Below the pieces are notes generated by a model that worked only from the letters and a program-made list of their open reading frames with translations, made no database searches and was not told the DNA's origin. A stretch of 23,272 nt of DNA from Selaginella moellendorffii (Eukaryota; Plantae; Lycopodiophyta): assembly GCF_000143415.4 (NCBI RefSeq), contig NW_003314451.1, positions 1 through 23,272 on the forward strand, in the 5' to 3' direction. Each line of letters starts with the position of its first letter. Within the stretch, counting starts at the first letter, position 1. Below are positions 12,701 to 20,659 of the stretch, piece after piece. A program made the position numbers and the translations under genes.

Positions 12701-14767
12701 ATGGCAGCAAAAAGTTTGGCCGAGGCAATTCGAATCTCGGACAAAGTTGCCGCAAGGTCCACGAACACAAACTCGAGCAAGGTCTGTAGGAACCAATGTA
12801 GGATCTTCTTAGCAGCGGTCGACCATGTCGGAGACTACCTCAAGCGAATCCAGGATCTCAACTTCGCGAGCACTGGGACAGCTTTCGTGTGGGACGAAAC
12901 CGTGGCTGTCCTTAAGAGAGGCCTCCATCTCCTCAAGTCGTGCCAAGAAGGCAATTGGATCGCGCGGAGCCTGCTGTTCAAGGAAAGCTGCGATGAGTTC
13001 CAGAGCATTTATACCGTCCACCTCGGTAAGATCCAAGATTGCCGAAGCTTACAACTCGTGCCTCATGAGGCAAAACTCGAACAGCATGCTGGAAGAAGCC
13101 GGAAGGAATGACAGGAAGGCGCTCATGGCTCTCGCAATGAGCCAAGAGCCGGGAAGCCTGACGACCGAGAGCGAGCAAGCCAAAGAGATACTTTGCTCCA
13201 TGCTCCTGGGAAACAAGTCAGTGATTAACCACAAGGAACTCAAGCTGACAACACACCTGGGACAAGGCGGTTTCGGAACCGTGTACGAAGCAATCTGGCT
13301 CGGTCACAAGTTTGCAGTGAAAGTCTTCCCTCAAGGTGACAAGAGCTTCGCCAAAGAGCTCGCGGTTCTCGAAGCGGACAAGCATCCCAACGTGTTGCAC
13401 ATCGCCGGTCATTCTTTCGATGAAGAGAAGCAGCGGTACTCGCTGGTGATGGAGAAGATGGACATGGACCTGGCAAACTACGTCCTCAAGAAGAACTCTC
13501 TCCCGTTGCTGTCGATCGTGGCAGTGATGCTCCAAGTTGCTACTGGCATGGCGTGGCTTCACTCGAAGAATATAATCCACTGGGACCTCAAGCCGCAGAA
13601 CATCTTGGTTGGCGAAGAAGACAACGATCTCGTGAGTATCAGGATTGCCGACTTTGGAGTCTCGAGGCCAAACTTCATCTCCTCCCAGATCGAAGCCGTT
13701 AGCATCCAAGGCACCAGGAACTTCATGGCACCGGAGGCGTGGAGCAGCGAGCGCTACACGAAAAAGGCCGACGTTTACAGCTACGGGATGCTGATTTACC
13801 AGCTTGTCACTGGAAACGTTCCGTTCGAGGACGGGATGGACATGGAGCAAGTCCTTCGAGGCAAGCGTCCTGAGATACCAGCCACCTGTCCAGAGTTCCT
13901 GTCGCAGCTCATGCGGGAATGCTGGAGCCACGATGCGAAAGAGAGGCCTTCCTTCTCGGATATCTGCGAGCGGCTGAAGCAGCTCAAGACCAGGATCATC
14001 ACTGGCATCGAGTCCATCGACGAGTTACGGGTCAAGTTGGTTGAAGTAGCCGGGTCGTATTCCTCTTCTTCGTACTCGTCGTCTTCCTCATCCTCGTCGC
14101 ACAGCAGGACTCGAGTGAACCTGGATTCTCTTGTCCAAGCGACTGAAGGGCTTTGGACCAAAAATCCTCCATCTCCCCTTGTACAGGTAAACTCTTTTGT
14201 TTTTAGTAACTTCCGGTGCTCATCGCGTTTAGTTTCAGCCGGTACCACACCGTCCTCAGCACTTCACACCAGTAGCAAAACCGGATAACAGGACCGAGCT
14301 CTTCGAACTGGTGAAGAACGGCCTCGTCAGAAACGCCTTCGAGAAAGCTCTGTCCCTGAACGATCCTTCCATGGTCTGGTGGCTTTGCACCAAGGTAATC
14401 CATTCACGTCCTCCAGCTGCTCATCAAAGCTTTGTCAGCTCAGGTGGAGCATACCGTCCTGCTTGTCTTCAGTGAATCAATGCTCATGGAACTGGCCGAG
14501 CAAATCAACACCAACTTCAAGGAAGACACTGCTCGCAGGTTGCTCTGGATCGACGAGATTGGCATCTTGCTGTTCAAAGACGTCAATGGACAGGCATGGT
14601 CATCACCTCAGGTGCTGAGGATCCTGGAGCAGCTTTCACAGAACTTCCACGGCATGATGGCTATAACACCGCCAAAGAGCGAGCTGGGGATGAAGCTGGT
14701 GAACATGCTGGGTGGCACCAACATGGGTCTCCAGGTTCGTATGAAGCTCTTCGTGTTATTCATTTGA
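12701..14767 (+). pseudogene. Copy 1: MLKL-like helical domain - TKL kinase - EDC4/VCS-C-like fusion gene, pseudogenised. Exons 12701-14186, 14239-14394, 14444-14767
   Basis: Kinase motifs GQGGFGTV, AVK, DFG, APE, DVYSYG. GT-AG phase-0 introns of 52 and 49 bp join the exons in frame. A 53-bp deletion at 13012/13013 relative to copy 2 causes a frameshift. The catalytic loop is HWDLKPQN (CGG->TGG at 13581). Confidence 0.88.
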
Positions 14768-14795
14768 TTCAAATCGTTTGTTGTCGCAGCATATC

Positions 14796-15017
14796 TGTTA
14801 GGCACCAGCTTTGACTACGTGGTCAACATCGGTCAAAGGGTATATGAAGGCATGTTAGGGTAAGGGACTTAACTTACCCTAGGGCTCACAGTGGAGTGGT
14901 GGTGCAGTGGAACTTTTGAGGTAGCTCAGGGGTGGTTGGGTGGTGAGGAACCTCAAGAGGTGGCATAGCATAATCTAGGGCAACTAGATTTTTGTCTTTT
15001 TGCGCCGGATCATAACA
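14796..15017 (+). repeat. 5' LTR of gypsy element (222 bp)
   Basis: TGTTAGGC...GATCATAACA, matches 19461-19681. Confidence 0.95.
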
Positions 15018-15018
15018 T

Positions 15019-15029
15019 TGGTATCAGAG
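15019..15029 (+). other. Primer-binding site (tRNA-iMet) of gypsy element
   Basis: TGGTATCAGAG, 1 nt after the LTR end. Confidence 0.93.
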
Positions 15030-15041
15030 AAGTTGGTTGCG

Positions 15042-18000
15042 ATGGCCGACCAAGCTGAACGCTGGAATCCTATTGTCGATGGTGGTGCCAACAATGGTGC
15101 TGACGAAGCTGCAGAGATTTAGACCATTCAAGATGTGGTTCATGAGCTGCGAGCCCTTAACCGAAATCAGTAAGAGATGCAAGATGAGATGCATGGCATG
15201 ATGGATACCATGCGTGGGCGTGTTGAGGCACTCGAGGCTGGACGGGGTAGCGCTCCAAGTAAACCTTCTTTGGTAGATCGACTCAAAATTCCAAATTTTT
15301 CCGGTGATGGTGGTGTGGACGAGTGTCTCGCTTGGCTAGCCAATGTGAAGAAGTTCTTGGCTGCTAGAGGAACTCCAGATGCAGAGGCTTTAGTGGCTAT
15401 TCCGATGGTTTTGCGTGATGCGGGTTTTCGATGGTGGAATTGGCTTGAGGAGTCCCGTGTTGTGGATAAGAAACCACCAGTGTCTACCATGGATGAGTTT
15501 GAGGTTGCTTTTCATTTATGTTTTGCCCCTCATTACGACATGGAGAATGCTCGTACAGAACTTTGACATTTTCAGCAAAGGAAAATGATGCTCGGGGACT
15601 ATATTGAGAAGCTTACTTGCTTGATTAGTCGTGTTCCAACGAAGGATCCAGATCAGAACAAGTCCTACTTCATTGATGGCCTACATAGTGAGAGCATGCG
15701 GCAACACTTGCGTCATTCTCAGCCTACAAAGAGTTTGAAGGAGCTCTTTGATGTGGCTCGTCGACTTGACAATGATAAGCACAAGTCTCGCAAGCGTTTG
15801 CGGAGTCCTTCTGTCGAGAATCGTCGTGATGATCACCATGGACACAAGGATGGGAACAAGCATCACAAATTGAAGTCAGTGGTGACTACTTCGGATGCAA
15901 AGGGGTCCAAGAAGTAGAAGTTCTTTGTGAAGAATTATAGACAAGGTTGTCATCATTGCAGCGAATTTGGACACTACAAGGCTGATTGTCCGCAGTTGAA
16001 GAACAAGCAGCAGGACAAGAAGAATGGCCAATCTTCTTCTCACGGTAAGTCCGATACTAAAAAGTTGTAAACTTTGCAGCGTGAGGATGAGGAGAACGAC
16101 CATTCCGGTTGGAGGAAGCGACTTTCGATCGTTGCTCATCAGCTCAACTGTGTGTGGAACAAGATGGAGCTCGAGGATATGCGTGAATCAGCTTTAATGC
16201 TGGAGGGTGTGTTCCGTGGCGATCTAATGCGGATTTTACTAGATAGTGGGAGCGATGACAACTTTGTTTCTGCTGCGGAGCATGGCCTGGTCACACGTGG
16301 AGTTCTTCCATACACAGTGGAAGGTGCAGCCACCTTTACTCAACATTTCGATGCTTGTGTCGAGGGGCTGGAAGTGTTGGTTGGCAAAACCACACTTGTG
16401 AAGACTTTTTATCTCACGGATATCCATCGTGTGGATCTCATTCTTGGGATGCCATGGTTGGCGAAGGTGGATCCAGAGATAAAGTGGAGCATTAAGCGTA
16501 TCTCGCTGGAGTATGGTGGCGTTAAAGATGTGTGGTTTAGCGAGGGCGTTCAACCACCAGTTGTTATGCTCTCTGCTACATCTTTGAAACGGGCTTGTCG
16601 TAATAGAAAAGCACTTTCAAGTTACTTGCTGTTTGTTCGTGACTTGGGGGACCAAGGCACGTGTGGGGGAGAAGCAATAGTACAGGATGTACTTGACGAG
16701 TTTTCTGATGTTTTTCCATATGAACTTCCTCATGGATTACCTCCGTTACAAGGTGTGGAGCATGGGATTACATTAGAGCCGGGGATGTGGCCAATTTACC
16801 AGTGTCCATTTTGGTTAAGTTATGCGCAGGAGCAAGAAGTTCAACGACAAGTCAAGGAGTTACTTAAGTTTGGATTTATTCAGCCAAGTAAGTCTCCGTT
16901 TGGTGCTCCAGTCTTGCTTGTGAAGAAGAAAGACGGTTCAATGCGGATGTGTATTGACTACCGTGCTTTAAACAAGAAGACAGTGAAGGACAAGATGCCG
17001 ATGCCACGTGTGGATGATATCTTGGACAAGCTTGGTGAAGCACGAGTGTTTACTAAGATTGATCTGAGGAGTGGATATCATCAGATTGCAATGGATGATG
17101 CATCTATCTCCAAGACGGCATTCAACACAAGTTTCGGACATTTTGAGTTTACCGTTATGCCGTTTGGTTTGACGAATGCACCGGCCACATTTACTCGGTT
17201 GATGACGGAGGTATTTGGGCGTTATCTTCATGAGTTTGTGGAGATTTTCTTGGACGATATTCTTGTTTTTAGCAAAGAATATGGAGGAGCATAGGGTGCA
17301 TTTGCGCAAGGTTCTTTTGTTACTTCGAGATAGCAAACTTTATGCGAAGAAGAGCAAATGTGAATTTGCAAAGTCGGAGGTGGAATATCTAGACCATATT
17401 GTGACATCTAAGGGTGTCAAGACAGATCCAAGGAAGGTGGCTATGATGGAAAATTGGCCTACACTGACTACAATGGCCGAGTTGCGCAGTTTTCTTGGTA
17501 TGGCTAGTTACTACCGACGTTTCCAGCATAAGTTTGCAGAGGTGGCTATTCCTTTGACATGGTTGTTACGCAAGAATGTGCCATTCGAGTGGAAGAAGCC
17601 ACAAGAGGAGAGTTTTGTGGTGCTGAAATGATTGTTGAGCGAGGCTTTAGTGCTTCGCATTGCTGATCCATTGAAACCTTACGAGGTGACATGCGATGCG
17701 AGTGGTTATGCACTGGGAGGAGTTTTTATGCAAGAGGGACAGCCTATTGCATATGAGAGTCGAACTTTGAATTCCGCAAAGCAATACTATTCCACATATG
17801 AGCAAGAGTTACTCTCTATTGTTCATGCTTTGTAGACGTGGCGGCACTATCTTTATGGTGCAATGTTCGTGGTGTTGACAGATCACAAACCACTTGTGTA
17901 TCTTTTCACACAGAAGGAGTTGAACACTAGGCAAGCTCGTTGGATGGTCAAACTCATGGAGTTTGGGGAGTTTCCTATTGAGCATTGTCCGGGAAAATCC

Positions 18001-19386
18001 AATGTGGTGGCAGATGCTTTATCTCGTGTTCGTCATGTGACGACATTACAAACACGATTTTGTCATCATTTGAGTAAGGTGGTCAGTGGGTTTGGACAGT
18101 TGGTTGAGCATGCTCAGGCTCAGGATGCTGAGGTGGCCTCTTTGCGTGACCAGATGGAAGCTCCTTTCTCATTGGTGGATGGGATTCTCTATTACAATGG
18201 CCGTGTATATTTGCCACGGGTGGATGCGTTAATTACTCAAGTTTTATTCCACTATCATGATCGTCCAGAGGCCGGTCATTTTGGGGGGAAGAAGACGTAT
18301 AAATTGATTAAGCGCAACTTTTATTGGAGGAATATGAAGGTTGATATCCTCAAGTATTGTAAATCATGCGAGCTTTGTCAGCGGGTTAAGGTGCCACGAG
18401 AGAAGCCGGGGGGACTTTTGCAACCTTTACCTATTCCTCAGAGCCGTTGGTGTAGTATCTCTATGGACTTCATCACTTGTTTGCCACGAACACAGAGGCA
18501 AAAGGAGCAAGTATGGGTTATAGTGGATCGGTTGACAAAGTATGTGCGGTTGTTGGCTCTTCGGAAGATTGTCACTGCCTCAAACTTGGCTGCGGTTTAC
18601 TTGGAGAAGGTTTTTCCTGATTTTGGTTTGCCAAAGGACATCATTAGTGATCGAGATTCAAAGTTCACCAGTGGATTTTGGAAAAGCTTTGCAAAGGTTA
18701 TACAAATGACTTTGAAACTCTCGAGTGGAGGTCATCCTTAGACAGATGGGCAAACCGAGCGTGTAAATCAAATGGTGGAGGATATGCTACATTGTAGCAT
18801 TGGTCAAAGGCAAGGATAGTGGGATTTTTATCTTCCGTTGGTGCAATTTGCTTACAACAATAGCCAACACAGTGGAACCAAGCTAAGTCCTTACTTTGCC
18901 ATATTTGGAAGGCATCCTCGAATAGTAGTGGAGTTGGGATTGCATTTGAGTAAAGACATTCAAGATAAGCTTGATTCCAAGGCAACTGATCTGGCCACAG
19001 AACTTGATGAGATCTTGGTGGTGTGCAAACAGAATTTGCAAGCAGCTCAGGATAGAGCGGAGAAGTTTGCCAATGAGCATCACCAATTCCAGGAATATAA
19101 GGTGGGTGGTCTGATCTTTGTACGCGTGATCTTTCCGTCAAGTGAGCGGTAGAACACCTTGGTGCCTTTACGGACAGGGAAGAGTGATAAACTTTCCCAT
19201 CGATATGCTAGTCCATATGAAGTGCTGGAGCACTTTGGTAAAGCGGCTTATCGGGTGTGGCTGCTAGCTGGGGTGAAAATTCATCCGGTATTTTATGTCA
19301 GCCAGTTGAAAGGTGTACTATTTCGGAGTGACGGGCCCAATGCCTCCTTGATGTATACAGCTGTGGAAGATGGACCAGAAGCTTGA
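15042..19386 (+). pseudogene. gag-pol: gag-pol polyprotein pseudogene (Gag, CCHC knuckle, aspartic protease, RT, RNase H, integrase)
   Basis: Zinc knuckle CHHCSEFGHYKADC (15948-15989). Protease [51 protein letters not shown]. RNase H CDASGYALG. Integrase H..H..CELC, SMDFI, SDRD, HP*TDGQTE, and a GPY/F-like [10 protein letters not shown]. Multiple in-frame stops and a 1-bp frameshift near 17275. Confidence 0.96.
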
Positions 19387-19447
19387 GTAGGATTCCCTAG
19401 AAAGGGTGATCACAAATTCAACTCGTCCTTGGGACAAGGACTTTGTT

Positions 19448-19459
19448 GGGGGGGAAGAA
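19448..19459 (+). other. Polypurine tract of gypsy element
   Basis: GGGGGGGAAGAA, 1 nt before the 3' LTR. Confidence 0.9.
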
Positions 19460-19460
19460 T

Positions 19461-19681
19461 TGTTAGGCGCCAGCTTTGACTACGTGGTCAACGTCAGTCA
19501 AAAGGGGGCTCAAGGGTATATGAAGGCATGTTAAGGTAAGGGACTTAACCTACCCTAGGGCTCACAGTGGAGTGGCGGCGCAATGGAGCTTTTGAGGTAG
19601 TTTGGGGGTGGTTGGGTGGTGAGGTGGTGTAGCATAATCTAGGGCAACTAGATTTTTGTCTTTTTGCGCCGGATCATAACA
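19461..19681 (+). repeat. 3' LTR of gypsy element (221 bp)
   Basis: TGTTAGGC...GATCATAACA; about 14 substitutions and two ~11-12 bp indels versus the 5' LTR (manual count). Confidence 0.95.
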
Positions 19682-19929
19682 GTATCTGAGTTGCAGTTGA
19701 CAGCAAAGTTCAACACATGAGAGTCCTTGGAGGATACTTTCCAGTGGAACACCGGTAGTTTCGGAGTATTTCGATGTTCTAATTTCCTGCCTGCCAAAAG
19801 CATCAACCATGCTTCATGAAAGAACCATAAAGAACTTACCAATTCCCGTTCTGAACTTTGAGTAAACACCTATCATCGTTTCATCCTGCGACAAATATCC
19901 AAGAACAAAGCTCTCACCATTCTTTAGTT

Positions 19930-20478
19930 TTAAACTTGAGTAGACGGGTGAAGATCCCAACCTTTTCGATCTAGCAGCAGCAGTAGCAAGCAGCCTTGGC
20001 AGCTTCCGCAGCAGCGTAGACACCAGTAATTCTCGTCGCCACAGCATCGAGGATCATTGCTCTCCGCTCAAAGAACGACTTTGCCACTTTCAGCTTCTCG
20101 GATCCCCATAGGCTTGTAGACGATCCCGGCAGCTAGCCGCTGCTTCATGACCTTGGCTGGACGAACGTAAGCATCGCCCAGCTTGGCCTTCAATCTCTTT
20201 GGCACCTGAAAATCCAATCGACCACCACCACCACCCCCCGCTTTGTTGCGCTTGCCCGGATTCTTGGAGCCGGTGCTCTCGCCGTGCAAGGACGAAGAAT
20301 TTGCTGGAGCCACACCAGCAAGCGCCTTGTCTTGCTCTTTGATCCCTTCCTTCTTGGCGTGCTCGGACCAGAGATCGCGCGATGCGAACAATGCTGAGTA
20401 CGTGGGGCTCTTCTTGGCGTAGAGGAAGGGATTGGGACGTGGATTGTGGATGTAGAGGCGCAACGAGCGAGCTCCACT
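19930..20478 (-). pseudogene. Frameshifted copy of an unknown Lys/Ala-rich protein gene, convergent with kinase copy 1
   Basis: GC-rich and protein-like (RLYIHNPRPNPFLYAKKSPTY...LDFQVPKRLKAKLGDAYVRPAKVMKQRLAAGIVYK). Its 3' part aligns with the open frame at 23087-23272 but has small indels (about +2, -1, +4, +1). Possible splice acceptor TTCTTGCAG near 20478. Confidence 0.5.
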
Positions 20479-20588
20479 GCAAGAACCCTATCGAAATATC
20501 GATATCGAGGATGACAAGAAAAGCCATTTCTTATGCCTGATTAAAGTATAATTCCCAGACAAGACTTAGGATTTATAATTACTCAAAA

Positions 20589-20611
20589 GAAAAGTCCACG
20601 GTAGACTTTTC
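20589..20611. promoter_or_regulatory. Inverted GAAAAGTC-N7-GACTTTTC pair (WT-box/W-box-like) ~50 bp upstream of kinase copy 2
   Basis: Perfect 8-bp inverted repeat. GAAAAGTC is also present upstream of copy 1 (12636-12645, GAAAAGTCAA, which contains a reverse W-box TTGACT). Confidence 0.35.
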
Positions 20612-20659
20612 CCACGCTGCAAAGCAATGGAGCGGCGCTAGTGGTGATCACCGACGAGC

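Larger units (their letters stand above)
14796..19681 (+). mobile_element. Ty3/gypsy LTR retrotransposon, full-length but inactivated (4886 bp)
   Basis: TG...CA LTRs, PBS and PPT present; domain order gag-PR-RT-RH-IN. The TSD is ATATC (14791-14795) / GTATC (19682-19686). The paralogous empty site has a single ATGTC at 22857-22861. Confidence 0.97.

Noticed and set aside
12572-13012. ORF-track starts at 12572 and 12825 as separate genes
   Set aside because: They are the two halves of one frameshifted gene; homology with copy 2 starts at ATG 12701.
13218-13931. 237-238 aa antisense ORFs over both kinase domains (also 21230-21946)
   Set aside because: Shadow ORFs expected from GC3-rich codon usage; their conservation follows from the sense gene.
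20627-20641. Tiny uORF (MERR*) before kinase copy 2
   Set aside because: Not conserved in copy 1 and the TSS is unknown.
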